From the NCBI GenBank assembly GCA_043228905.1, contig JBHGNT010000006.1, positions 1,426,001 to 1,490,000 of the forward strand: a DNA stretch of 64,000 nucleotides. The letters run 5' to 3'. This DNA is from Azolla caroliniana (Eukaryota; Plantae; Polypodiophyta). Made by a program: the position numbers and the translations under genes. Position 1 is the stretch's first letter, and each line of letters begins with the position of its first letter. Shown piece by piece: positions 1 to 16,607 of the stretch. The notes beneath the pieces were generated by a model. The model was not told the origin of the DNA. It did not search any database and was given only the letters and a program-made list of their open reading frames with translations.

Positions 1-272
1 GTACCTATATTCTACTCACACATATGCACCTTTGCACACAAGAGATGTAAATATAACTCATTGTGGGTATTTTTGTATTTGATGATACTAATTAATATAG
101 AGGAAAGGCCTTTAACTACACTCTTGTCAATCATCCCCCATTTACATTATTGTTCATAAGTGTAACTTCCTCTCTCTCTTCTGCTCACACACATATCACA
201 TAATCTTCTGGTGCTTAACTACTCACATAATTAGTCACTAATTAACCCTTGTTAATTACCTAATTATTAACA
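1..272 (+). mobile_element. Partial solo LTR, family B (cut by window start)
   Basis: Near-identical to 4942-5243 (gtacctatattctactcacaca...ctaattattaaca); ends in CA. Confidence 0.75.
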
Positions 273-299
273 TCTATACTATTTCAAGCCAATTGGGTT

Positions 300-900
300 A
301 TCTACCCAGATCTGTTGTTTTCATACATTCGGTGGGGAGGAACTCCTTTTCATTATAGAGGAGAAGGCCTTTAAAGGATGTATCAGATGGCTTTGTTTGG
401 GAGAGTCCATTTAACATACTTTTCTGTGTAGTTCTTATTGTGTAGATGATGGATGTGAAGGATGAGTGAATGAGGACATTAAGGTTGTTTGGTTCGGCTT
501 TGCATGGGGAAGCCGTCCTTATAGGAAAAATCTTTTTTGTCTAAGTTTGTGGTAGAGATGGATGATGTTAATGGAGGTCGAAGCATTTCTAGGGAGTGAA
601 AAGGAGGCTTGATTATGTCTTGATTTACTTTTTCAATTTCACGAGTGGTTTTCTCATTTTTCTGGTGAGGATGAGTGGAGACAAATTGTGAAAAGTCTAT
701 ATCACTTTGGTAATAGGCCCTATGTGTTGTTATCATTGGTATAAATTTTCCGACTCTAGCCATTGGAAATCTTTGGCAAAGATTTGATCAGATTGCAAGG
801 ATTTAAAAAGTTGGTTGACTTTTGTATGAATGTTGGAGAGATGTAAGCATGTTTTTGTGAACCTTGGAAGTAGAGGGTTGAGGCTCAATGTGCGTTGGGG
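300..900 (-). mobile_element. Degenerate non-LTR retrotransposon (LINE/RTE-like) fragment
   Basis: Broken minus-strand frames (ORFs 479-763, 733-960) with a LINE ORF2 linker-like composition; no diagnostic catalytic motif seen. Confidence 0.3.
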
Positions 901-924
901 AAGCTGGCTAATCAAAATGAGCAT

Positions 925-1450
925 GCATCCAATGCCCTTATCATGGGTTATGTGAGACATGGAATGCCATATGATGCTATCAAACTACATTAAAATCTAA
1001 AGGAATGCTGAGAAATACATGATACAACACATATTTTGGTGACCCTTATCAAAGCTTGTTCTCAGGTGGATGCGATGAAAATAATTGGCATGGCATCGAT
1101 AAGAGGTTACATCAATATGCCAATGTATATGACTTAATGGAGGACAACAATGTTTTTCACCATATTAACAGAATATATACTTGCGGGACAAAAATATTCC
1201 AGATATGTTATTGCGAGTGTTGGAATCATAGTCTTGGGCACATTTGTAGTTGGTGCATGAGATCTATCTTTCAAATTGCAAGGTTACATTACATGGTGGT
1301 TCTGCTATCAAATTTGACAACTGCTATATATCTCTCAATCATCTCTCATTTTGGTAAAACAAGTGGGCTCAACAGTTTTTGTCTTACGCGGTTAAGTGTA
1401 TGATCTGTGGACCCATATTGGCGGTATGGGCAATTTTAAGTGGAGATTTA
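925..1450 (+). pseudogene. Decayed PLS-PPR fragments
   Basis: aatgcccttatcatgggttatgtgagacatgga = NALIMGYVRHG (P-motif), followed by ...VTLIKACS-like L-motif remnants with stops. Confidence 0.5.
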
Positions 1451-1842
1451 GAAAGAGCCATGAATTTTCCTCGACTGTCTGAAACATGGTTTCAATTGGT
1501 TGTTGGCTTCATGCATTTTGGCATTCTTCTTGAATTATACAATCTTTTTTAATACAACACTTAACTCTCCCTTGACTCAAATAATTTGTGGGAATTTGAA
1601 GGACTTGTTTATTGTGGTATTAGGGTGGGTATGGTTTGGGGGTTTATCTTTTGACTAGTTAAATGTTTTAGGTCAGCTTCTTGGTTTCTCTTGGATAGTA
1701 CTATATGCATTTTGCAAGCTTAAAGGAAAGAGATAATATATAAAGGTGCTAACTGATGACAAAAGTGAGGAATGGAAATTTTGGAAGAAAACAGAAAGAC
1801 ATAGCCGTGGATGTATGCTTATTCTAGAAGCAAAACACACAC

Positions 1843-1898
<56 letters not shown>

Positions 1899-2469
1899 AA
1901 GATGCATAACTAATCGTTTTCAAAAAATTGGTTTGTTTGTGGGCAAATTTCTCTCTGAAATAGTGATTTTGGCCTTAAAAGGGAAAGTTCATCAAAGTTC
2001 TTCTAAGTAATGGATAAATCAAATGGAAATCTTCATATCTCACTTAAAAAAGGCGTGGTATCAGAAGCCCTCCAATGAGCCGGAGAAGAATAAGTGTGAT
2101 CGTAGCATACATGGGTTGTGCAGTTTTATTGGTGATGTTCAATAGGGTTGCACTCTGAACAAGCCTATGTAGAACACAATGTTCATGAGGAGGCACGAAA
2201 ATGCTTTGATCAAATGAGGCAAGAAGGTATCTTGCCAAATGATATTAGTTATCATTGGTCCTTTCTCTGATGCTCTATAATTGTTGAGATGACATATATT
2301 ATATACTATTTGTATATTGCCTCTGATCACTTTAATTTTAATACCAATGGAGGATATTTTTTATGGAAAAAAAAACATTGTGAATCCCAAAATCTTCTAC
2401 AACGTGGTGGTCTTAATTCTAGTCTAATGAATATAAATGCTAACTAGGCCAATGGCTTGGCTAGTGAAT

Positions 2470-2690
2470 TATCAATATCTGGTTTTGCTTTCTTCGTGAG
2501 TGTGTTCTCATCACTTGGAATAACAAGAAGCAACCCACTATGGCTCCATTGACCATTATGGTTGAGCATAAGGTTGCAATATCTGGTTTTGCCTTCTTCG
2601 TGAAAGTGTTATCATCACTTGGAATAACGAGAAGCAACCCACAATGGCTCCATTGAGCATTATGGTCGAGCATAAGATTGCAAATGGTTA
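2470..2690. repeat. Tandem duplication, ~105-110 bp unit x2
   Basis: caatatctggttttgc...tcacttggaataac.agaagcaacccac..tggctccattga.cattatggt.gagcataag occurs twice. Confidence 0.8.
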
Positions 2691-2789
2691 TGATGTGGTC
2701 CATGCGGATCTTGAAGAACTTCAATGTTCACATCAATGTCCTAATGCAAATCCATTGTGCCAACCTAAATGACATCCAATTTACACAAA

Positions 2790-3006
2790 GGTTTGGTGCT
2801 TCATGCACAAATGGAGCACATTGAGTTGCATTATCACTTTTCATTTGAGAGAAGATCATAATGGGAGATGTTGATCTTCAACATATCCAAATTGATCATT
2901 AGGCTTTGGATATCTTTGTGAAAGCACTTGGAGCAAACAAGGTCTTGAACAGTATTCAACGACATTCCGTTACTTCACCTTTATCCATGAGCTAAAGGGG
3001 GGAGTG
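2790..3006 (+). mobile_element. Ty1/Copia RNase H C-terminus remnant with polypurine tract
   Basis: Translates with a frameshift to HAQMEHIELHYHF/EKIIMGDVDLQHI...DIFVKALG, matching the Copia HARTKHIEVHYHFIRE...ADIFTKALG end; followed by the purine tract aaagggggggagtg. Confidence 0.75.
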
Positions 3007-3285
3007 GAGACTAGTCAAGCTTGTGTGTATGGGTGATAGATGACATCAACAATATTTTAAGGGGCATATTAAGAAGTCAATCTCAGCAACACCCCCTTGT
3101 ATGTGACCACATGTTGAGAGCATGGTAAAGTCCATCATTGACTTAATGATTGAGAGATGGATTTGCATCAATGAAATATATATTTTAAGTATCCTCTCAC
3201 TCATAGATAAATTATTAGATTGATCTTAAATGTCTTATATAAACCAAAAACCCTCTTACCCCACTTGTATATAATGTTGTTTGTG

Positions 3286-3327
<42 letters not shown>

Positions 3328-3799
3328 GGGGAAATGTGTTGAGAGTTATGGTGACTTAACTCTTCTTGACTTGTCTATGCATTGTAAAAATTTATATTAG
3401 TTATCTCTTGCCAGAAAGATGATATATTATAGTTCTATTTTACATATGTCTCTATTCCTTACAATTAAAGAAAGTGGCCACTCAAAAGGTATGCGATCTT
3501 CAATGTATAAAGGCTGAAATGCTCAAATGGATGGGAAAGGAAGCACATTCATGGATAAGTGATATGTTTAATCATGCATTGCAAAATGCATGTTGTATGG
3601 TTAGACTACAAATTGGATCAAACCTTTACATAAAGGTGGAGATGTAAATAATTTAAACAATTATTGAACCATCATTGTTGGCTTGTTAATGGTAAAACTA
3701 TTTGCATGTATAATGGAATCAAAGATAAGTGCATGGGATAAAAAAAAAAGATAAGAGGTCTTATGGATAAGTTGGCTTTCGAAAACACCATAGGACTAT

Positions 3800-4428
3800 T
3801 GTTCACCTTGTCATGTCACAGGCACACCAACTGCGTTGCGCGTAAGTGGAATCGGAAGTGACGAGGCAAGGAACTCTACAAGGTGTGAGTGATGAGACTA
3901 TAAACTTAGGAAGCTAGGATTAACTCGAGAGCATGAACACAAATATGAAGATCAAGGAGACAAGATGGGGCAAAACGAGAATACTCTATTGATGTGTCAA
4001 TGACTGGCGTTGAATACTTTGAAAGGGACCAAGCAGGCATGCGAAAGTTTGTAAACAAACCGGCTCAGCCGGATTACACTAATAAAACAGAGAATGAGGG
4101 TTTAATGGAAGCTTAGAATACACATTACATAGGAATGGGAGAGACAGAGAGAGTAGAACATAAACTGTATTCCAAAATAATAACACTCTGTTCATACAAT
4201 GTGCTCAGTCAACACTTTTATAGAAGTCCTTATACGAATTGACAGAAGTATTGATAAGTACTTCAATGCCATACGAGCGACTGACACTGACTCCAAGGAA
4301 TCTGCCTATGTACTAGGCTAGATTTGTAGGCCTCTAACGGCTTACCGGTTACAATCCGATCCGGCTCTTGGTTCTGGATACCAATCTAGATCTAGTTGAG
4401 CTTGTCCGCTCAACACTAATTTGCCACA
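3800..4428. mobile_element. Probable solo LTR (family C)
   Basis: TG...CA bounded, GC-richer ~630 bp block; imperfect 5-bp TSD actat/acaat; boundaries uncertain. Confidence 0.4.
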
Positions 4429-4514
4429 ACAATACTCCATGAAACTTTAATAGATATGCTTTTACTCCTTATCTTACCATCAAATACAAAAGAATTGTGC
4501 ATATCCCAATTATT

Positions 4515-5526
4515 TGTTGGGAAACATGTTCGTCCAGATGGGAAGAGCAAGAGTCAAATCAGATGGAGTCGATGAGTAATCCGACCGAGGCCGAAAATCG
4601 ATTCTGTAATCGATTCGAGAGACTATATTTGTAAATAGTCTAAATGTGCCCCATGTGAGCTATATCTGTAAATAGCTAGAAAGTTGTATAAGTATAAATA
4701 CAACTAGGGCAAACTTTATGAGAAAGGGGATCATTAGTGTAGTTTATTGTTGTTGTATAGTGTTAAGAGATCAAGCTCAACTTAATAAATAGTTATTTAG
4801 TCAACCATGTAACTTCGTAGTTACCTAGATAGAATCTAGTTAGAAGTGTTGACTATAATGCCTTAAATTGGACCTTGTACTTAAGTGGGATATTCTAAAT
4901 CGTCCACTCCTAAGTACATTTAATATAGGACTTACACCTTAGTACCTATATTCTACTCACACATGTGCACCTTTGCACATGATAAGTATATATACCTCAG
5001 TGTGGGTATTTTATTTTATTTTTCCAAAAAATCATTGTGGGTATTTTTGTATTTGATGATGATGATGCTAATTTAATATAGAGTTAATCATCCCCCATCT
5101 TTTGTTGCTCATAAGTGTTAACTTCCTCTCTCTCTCTTCCTCTCACACACATACACACACATATATCACTTAATCTTCCGCTTATCAACTAATCACATAA
5201 TTAGGTACTAATTAACCTTTGCTTAATTACCTAATTCTTAACATATAGTTACATAGTGGGTAGTTGCCTCAGTAACTGAGAGTGATAGAGAGAGGGTGAG
5301 AGTTAGTGTGTGAGTAACTATATAACCATCATTCGACGAAGATGAGCTCGAGGTTGTCGCCTTTGAGTCTCCTTGTATTCCTCCCTCTACATATAGTGAT
5401 TCGTTTCTTGGGGTAAAACAACTTGTGTCTCTTTATGCTTTCGTTTCTGTTTGTGCACATTTATCTCAGTCTTTACACCCGAATATACATATGAGAAACC
5501 AGTTGTGACCGGTTCCGATCCTATCA
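4515..5526 (+). mobile_element. Solo LTR family A, interrupted by a family B solo LTR
   Basis: TGTTGGGAAA...CCGATCCTATCA; 5-bp TSD TTATT (4510-4514 / 5527-5531); homologous to 19864-20446. Confidence 0.85.
4761..5243 (+). mobile_element. Solo LTR family B nested in the family A LTR
   Basis: TGTTAAGA...TCTTAACA termini; TSD TATAG (4756-4760 / 5244-5248). Confidence 0.85.
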
Positions 5527-5816
5527 TTATTTTGCTAGCCCCAATAGCTCAAAAACTAGAAGAGAACAATAGTCATATTTTATCTATCATTATGAAGATG
5601 TGTGGCCCGATTATGTTATTGTTAATAATTAGGTAATTAAGCAAGGGTTAATTAATACCTAATTATGTGATTAAGTTAAGCAACAAAAGGTTATGTGATA
5701 TGTGTGTGTGTGTGTGTGAGGAAGTTAACACTTATGAACAACGAGACAAGATGGGGGATGATTAACTATATTAAAAAGCATCATCAAATACAAAAATACC
5801 CACAATGAGGTATATA

Positions 5817-8357
<2,541 letters not shown>

Positions 8358-10024
8358 GGTATATATAAATCTCATGTTTGCAAGGGTGCACATGTGTGAG
8401 GAGAATATAGGTACAAAGGTGTAAGTCCTATATTAAATGTACTTAGGAGTGGAGGATCTAGAATATCCCACTTAAGTACAAGGTCTTATTTAAGGATTTA
8501 TAGTCAACACTTCTAACTAGATTCTATCTAGGTAACTACGAAGTTACATAGTTAACTAAATAACTAAACCTAGTTGAGCTTCATATCTCAACAGTTATTT
8601 ATAAAGGTTTCGGAGGGGTAAATTGCATTAAAGCAGGTGGACCACCCGCCTAGGTCGGATGCGAAGGATACGTATGTGAATTGAGATATTATGCTATCCT
8701 CATATCTCAAAAAGGGGGAAACAATGGTCATCTTTGCTATCGGGTTTAAGCTATGTGAATTGTCCAAACACTTGTTTATCTTGACATCATAACAAGAAAA
8801 GAAAATTTGCCAAATTTAGAAATATAACCTTAAATTTGATGAGCAATTGAACATTGTATAAAAAGATGAATACTCTCTTCCACTTAATAGTGCAAAAGAA
8901 ACAACTTTTTATTGTTAGTCTAGTTAATCCCAAATACAAACCCACAATCAATAGTCTCCAAATGAATATCTTTTATACAATGGGCAATTTAGAATGCCAA
9001 CTATGTTTCAAGATTTACCACCATCCATAATATGAGTTATACATCATCCATTCTTGTTTAGTTGTAGATGATACCCATTGAAGAAACTCAATGGAGCAAC
9101 TATGCAAGAGAGTAGTCACTTGTAAAAGTGAGTTTGACCATGTAAACTCCAATCACCCAAGCTTGCTCTTCAATTTCTGTAGGTAAAACTACATTAATAC
9201 TCTATAGTTGCTAATAAATAACCCCATATTGAAGTGAAATATGTAATCATCATCCTGTTTCAAAAAAATCCAAAAATATCTAAAATCAAGCATTAACTAC
9301 ATCCCCCACCTCAAACGAAACAAGCTATTAAGTTGACAAAGCAATCTCTCATTTCCATGCCATTCTAAAAATTAAGGAGATAGCGTTCTCTCTCACTCTC
9401 TAAAATACACCCAACATATACATTTATAATGCTTAACCTATTTCACTACACAACAATATTATCTAATTCTTTATAACACGTAGCTCTCTTTGTATCAAAC
9501 CTATGTTGTAATCACAATGAAGCACTTTGTATAACATATGTAATTTTGTCTATTTGCTTCATTGCATTCTTCTCAAGCATCAAATATGCAATCATTTATT
9601 ATTTCGGTAGAATATAACTAAGGCTCCCTTTTTGCATCTTATTTTTCTAAGCACATTAATATCTAGGGTAGAATGGGGTCAATGGATAATAATTTTATGC
9701 TAATATGAAGCAATGCAAGTTCAAATCTTTCACTATGTTGTGAGTCGTGACATTGCTTAGCACGTTAGAATAAGGAATTGGACTTAAGAATTTGATGAAT
9801 ATGATATTAACATTTAGTGTTAATATCCAACTAAATATATTCAATATATAAATATGAACTAAACTCGTGACATTATCATATGTAGGATTTGATGAAGGTA
9901 CGATTGTAGGTATGCCACTTACTAGCATGTTCATAGGAATCTCCATAGAAAACGACATAAACATGTGCAAGGCAAAGTTTTTGTAACTCAAATTGGGCAT
10001 AATAGAGAAAATTATATTACTATC

Positions 10025-10055
<31 letters not shown>

Positions 10056-13000
10056 TAAGCAATTAAAAGAAGTATCTCATTGGGTTTTTGTCGACAACAC
10101 TTCTGGTGATGATAATGTGATTATCAAACTCTAGAATTTAGTTTTTGACGGCAAGAACTTTGGTGATGATAATTTGATTATCATTATGCGTTGTCACGAA
10201 AGGGGGGGTTGGCTACATCCACAAATCTTTCGACCCCTCTATAATTATAATTATAATAATTTCAAACTTGCTTGACTTAAATTAAAAATATGTAGTGACT
10301 TTTCAAGTTGCTCATATATTGTGTTTCTAATTTTGAGTCACATTTGCTCAACAAAACATTCCACATTTGCGTTGAAAATGGATAGTGATTGAATATGTTC
10401 TATTTGCTAAATGAAATGTTATATTTGTAATCACACTCATTCTTGTGGTGAGCCTTGACTCTTGAGTAAATTGGTCGTTAGACTATTTCTTTGCACGTAA
10501 AAGAAGAATTGTCAATCAATGATTAGTGGAAGAAAATCTAGGTGGAGCAAGATTTTGTTCCCTGTCTTAATCAAATAATATGCCCGATTTTTTATTTTTG
10601 AAAAAGCATTTGTGCACTTTATATATTGGGATATCAAGAGATGTTGAATATATATATTGAGTCTAATCAAATGATTACATTGTGTATTTTAATGAAATGG
10701 CCAACTCATATTATGTTTGATATTTATCCTCATCAGCAAAGAATGTGAACGGTTAACATTCTAAAAATGAGACGATCTAAGTAACTTCACATCACACATT
10801 CTCATCAAAACGTTCACATCAAAAATTCTCATAAGCATGTTCACATCACACATTCTTTGAAGCACTTTTAATGCATCAAAAAGAATATTTACCAATAATC
10901 AAAGTAAACGTATTAGGATCATCAAAGGGTTTATATCCAATTACTCCCTTTGGATATATGTGCTTAGAACATTTAATACCGAAATCAGAATTTCTTTGTG
11001 CGGAACATGAAAAAATAAATTACTATTAGTAAGAAAACGTATTACTATTTGCATAGTGAAAACCATATAGAATTTTCTCCTTAGATAGAATTGAGGTTTG
11101 TAATTCCTTGTAAAATACGTTGGGAACTTGAGTAATATTATCAATAAAATATCCTATAATACAACACATTTGAGCATTTTCAGCACCCTGAGATAAATGC
11201 ATTGTGTTCTTCAAGTTTTATTGAATTAATGGAAGGTGAAAGCATGATTGAAAACATGCTCATTTTCCAAGATTGTTGTTTTGGTAAGCTTGGTTGAGCT
11301 CGCTCTTTCGTGTAAGTGGAAACGGTTTATGCATCTCTTCAAAATTCAAGGAAACCCTCATAAGTTTTTGCTCAAATTCCCCCAATCTTTTGTCATTCCT
11401 TAAAATGGCTTTACTAAACCCCGAAATAGAGAAAACAATTATCAATATAATTGCTCAAGTAGCACATGTAATTAAGAACCCAATGATGATTTGGCAAAAT
11501 AATTGCTAAAATTGCACGTCCAAGAGTTGACTTAAGAGATTTGGGGAATAAGTAAAATATAAGGGTTGCTCGGGAAATCAATCATTAGGGTATTTCAGAC
11601 TTTTCCCTTCAATTTCATGTCTTGATCATTGTGGACATTATGTGAATCACTTAAAAGCCATAATATACGTAAAAGTCAAGAAAACTACATGCTTTCGTAT
11701 TTATCATTGAAAATTGAAATGTGGATCAACACAAAGAGTTGAATGTACGCATAACCACAAAGAACACATTACTAAAGTTGCGCATCCAGCTTTGGTACCA
11801 GGTAGTACCAAATAATTGTCTAGCAAGAGTTGCCACTACCTCATGAAAACATAATTCTCATAATTTGTCTTCATAGTGAATGTGCAAAGAAACCACCTTC
11901 TAAACACAATAAACTCAAACACAATTTGGATTCTTAACTGTACAAAACATAATGTAGAACACTATTGAAGATGATAGATCGTGCAATGACATAACGAAAA
12001 GCTAATCCTTGCTCATGGCCTCTAGATACAAAGGTGCTCTTTCTCAAATATGTCATATTATATTGGGAAATGATTAATTATTTGGTTAGAAACTTTAAAA
12101 AAAATAAAGATGTGTACTCACCCTAAAGTATTTGGTTGTAATTTGATTATAACAATTGTAAATTGAAGGTTCATTCTCTTTAATAAATGACTAATAGTTG
12201 GTTGGACAATATTTGTCATGATTCCATTGGAAGATGTAAACTCCAAAATACACATTATCACTCTTCAATTGCTTCAAATTGAACGTTTGTCACCAACAAC
12301 ATTAGCAAATTTGATCTTTGATCATTGTAATTGAATAAAAGAAAAAGGTTAGGTAGCAATACGGTGATAGTAAGACATCGTCACCGCAAAACTTGTGGCT
12401 ATATGGTAGAGAAGTGACTCCTAGGAAAGTACCTAGCAATATCTAATCTTTTGGCAACTACTTTTCAAACTACCTTGAACAATCAAGGAAGGCACAAAAC
12501 CTCTTCACTTTGATGCAAGGGGTGACCTTCATCTTCTTCATCTTCTTCTTCTTCTTCTCCTTCTTACCCTTCGTCTAAAAGAGATGGTTCCTTATTCTCA
12601 AGGAGTTATTTTCCTCCCCTCAAAACCCTACATTAGAACTTTCATATGGCAATAATTCTGAATTTTTGGAATTCGAGATTTTTGTACGTGTTGGGGGAGT
12701 ACGGAGAATCGCAACTCTCTTGTCGTATGACATATCCCTATAAGCCAACTACGTTCAATAGGATTAAAATCTTTACTGATTGTTTAGAATACCTTTATTT
12801 TAGCCATTAGACAATAGACAGGTCAAAATGGGATGGTATGTTGTCAATAAACATTTGCCATTGACCAAGCATTTATATCTTGGTTGGCCTTCAAGTCACA
12901 ATGTTTTTCCACAAAACCACTAGTGTGTCAACTCTAGTTGTTTACACCGAGGGCATACGTCTTTGTATCGATGGAGTTTCGGCATCCACGCTAATATTGT

Positions 13001-16000
13001 AGGTCAAGGGGTTCAAATCGTCATCCACCCTATTGGTTGTGAGTCGAGTGAGAGTGATTGTCAAGCATTTTCAAGGTGCTAACCTCGTTTACCCTAGAAT
13101 CTCATGAACCCTCATTCGCATCTCTTGAAAGCTTTAAGCAATAAGCTTACTAACAAGCTTACTAACCACTTCATAGGCTTATAATGCTAGATACTTACAC
13201 AAGTAAATACATTACATGCAATAAGACTAACCACACTTCAATTAGATGAGCCATCTACAACACTTACAAAGAGGAGAGTGATTTGTGTTTGGCTTAATAG
13301 CAGATAACACTAATAACTCACGGGTATGAGAGAAACAGAGAGAGGAAGCTCTAGCTTTGGCAAGAAAACTAAAGATTCAAGAATAAACTAAAGAAGGCAC
13401 AAAAGTGAGTTTTATAGCTCATGCCTTACACAAAGGTTGTCCCCTTTTGCATCAGGGTAGCCATTATGCTTGAAACTCTAGAACTAGTTTGGTGTGTTTT
13501 CCTTTCTCTTGGTCTCAAACATGGTCTTTAGTACAAATGTCAATGTTGATGTCTTCATGGGTCATGGTACATATATGCATGTCCTTAACAACTAAACAAG
13601 AGTAAATGATTGTGTTGATGGCCAATCATATTTCAAACATCTTTCTCTATGAACAAAAACATGATCTCCAATAAGTAACCAAGATTTAGAAAACAAACTA
13701 GGATGCACAATGATGGTGAGGAATGGAAGCAATTTTAGCATTGTCTTTTAAAGAGGGATGCAAATGTTCTTACTCATGTTGTAGAAAATATATCGATATC
13801 AATGTTCAAAAACTAGGGGGAGATTTGTAGGGGCAATCTATTATTGTGTGTGATTCCAAACTTAAATTGTGACGAGTTTTTATTAGCAATAGGAAACCCA
13901 CTTATTGCAATTAATCATAAACAAAACTATAATGTCTCAAACAACAAGCTTTATCATTTCATGTCACGATCATGTTTATTTATTTATGATTCATAATTTA
14001 AATGAGGTAACGTCTATTCATTTCTAGATGCATATAAAAACATTGTGTCACATTTGCTTCAATACATAATGTTTTATCTCCTTGAATGATTCCTTATAAA
14101 TTTGTGGTCCTTTGATCCTTTGTAGAGTAGATTGATGTGGCATTACGTTGCATGTAGATGGGATGGGATGGTCATCAATGATGTAGCCAGTGCGTCAAGT
14201 TAATGTTAGTCATCACACATCTCTTTTATTTAAATTTTACATTACACTCCACACCCCTCTCTATCATTGCGATTGTAACTACATGAATCTTTCAAGCATA
14301 TGGATAGTGTTTTTTGAAATTGCCAAGTGTGAGAATCAATACCACTGAATGTGTGCTCGTGGATGTATGTTTGCCTAGGATATTAGGTGATAATATCCCT
14401 AATCTTCGAAGACCTAATTACACACTTAATTCCTTTATTTAGTCTTTTATCATGGTAATATACATAATGACACAATGAATATTAATAAAAGTAACTCATA
14501 CTATGCTTGAAATCTATTTATACGCATCAATGCATGTGCATGCGTGTATAGATTTCCAAAATAGAGATTCTCATATAGTATTCATCACAAAACTTATACA
14601 TGCATGTTTATATAACTTTCTTTCAATACACACCCCTAATACATAGTTATACCCCTTCTAATTTTATGATCCTTTAGATGAGTGCATACCGACTACTGCT
14701 ATTTACATTATGTTGTGTTTACATCTTAAATTGTTTTTCAAAAACTTAAGCTACCTAAGGTCTTGAGGTGCAACACCTCTCATTCAGAAAGAAGCAATCA
14801 ACACAAGCGGATTGTTCTTGTAGTTATTGGAAAGCCATTGTGGTTGAAAATATAATTTAGGCCTCAAACAAAGAGTTTTAATTTACAATTGATGGGTTGG
14901 ATTATATCCAACCCTACCTTCCAATAAAATTCAATAATATTTTGGTTATCAAATTTGAATATGATTATTGAATCAATAAATCATGGCATTCAAGTTCATG
15001 CAAGGTCTTTCTCTTCTATTTGATTGAGTGGCACATCTGACAATAAAATTTTGTGCTCATGAGTAGTTTCTCCTAAGTTGACTACGTATGCAAATGGATC
15101 ATCCAAGTCCAATAGCCCACCTTAGGAACATTGTCTTCACAACGTGTGATTAAGAAACATCGACTATAATGCTCATTATATGGTGATTCTATGCTCATGC
15201 TTTCCTCATATCTCTCTCATGTTATGGGCTTGGCATGTGGGTTTAATCAAATCATGATCAAGGAAGAAGGAAGATACAACTTACAAGGTCTCATCACTAC
15301 ATTTTGATTATACTCTTCACATCCACACACATACTTTCCCCCAAAAGGATACCATATTTTGATGCAGCCCATTTTACATCTCAAGACAGCCTATGGTTAC
15401 AAATGGCCGTGGTTCATGAATACTAGAACCAACTATTAACTCCATATTAAGCGTATGCCAAAGTCATTTTGTGGATTGTTGTCTTTGTGTAATGCCATAT
15501 GCATAGTTGTACTTGAAGTCTCGAGCGATCCATCTTCAAACAAGTCAAGTCATTGGTGCATGCATTACTCACATTATAAATGCAAAGTAGAAATTAAAGA
15601 TGCTAAAAACATAAAGTAGACTTCCTCTTGAATTTAGAGCTTTCCATTCTACTAGTGTCACGTCATAGATGTTGAATTACTAGGATGACATTCTTCCAAA
15701 TTGATCATACATGAATGACGAATGTACGCACGTGATCAAACACATTTGTTAGATTTTCTAGAATATTTTAAAAGTCGGTGGTTCTTGGAATGCAACTAGG
15801 CTTCGAACAATCTCAACTTTAAGACAAGAGAAGTGGTACTTTTGGAATGTGCATTCGGAATGAGAAGATTTCGATTTTTCTCGCCCAACATTCAAATACG
15901 TGAATGTAAATAAGAAGTTGCTACAAATGCAACAATATCCCCAAGAGAAATGGCATAGATGCATGACATATGATCGAAGCAATTCCTTAGCTAAAGAAGA

Positions 16001-16476
16001 AAAGGGTGGGGTCGATTTATCGAAAAAGGAAGCTGAGATCGCAATGGAGAGTGACGGCTCGACGCTGAACCTTATCCATAAGTTTTTTCGAAAAAAGGGA
16101 AAGGGAGAAAGGGTGGGAGACTTATAGGACAAAGGGAGGGGGGGGGGGGGGTTGCTTATGAAGGTGGTGTTTGGCCTCATGAACAATCAAATAGTAGTAA
16201 GAAGAAGAAGAATAAGAATAACGAAAAGGGTGGGCGTGGAAAGGGTGAAAAAAATAGGCACGAGTGAATCATGCCATTGGGGAGGTCAATCCATTTTGTT
16301 GGTAGGGTGGTGGGGGGCGGGGTCTATGGGCGGGCAGGAATAATAGAAATGTGGATGACCGGGACAAGAAGTGTGAATTATTATTCTCTCATTCTCATTC
16401 TCATTCTTCTTCTTCTACGTATTATTGCCGCCTAGGAAAGGAGAGGCCCAACTGCCTCAGAGGCACTCTATCTCTC

Positions 16477-16483
16477 TATAAAT
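16477..16483 (+). promoter_or_regulatory. TATA box of the CYP78A gene
   Basis: ctcTATAAATa about 130 nt upstream of the ATG, followed by a CA-rich leader and (CTTA)n. Confidence 0.6.
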
Positions 16484-16557
16484 ATATATATACGTAAGAT
16501 TAGGATACACACGACCCACACAAGAAACACATACCTGGCAAAAACAACAACACACAC

Positions 16558-16589
<32 letters not shown>

Positions 16590-16607
16590 GTTACAACACA
16601 AAAAACC

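Noticed and set aside
8600-15700. Probable old retrotransposon/DNA-transposon debris
   Set aside because: No motif, termini or TSD that I could identify with confidence.
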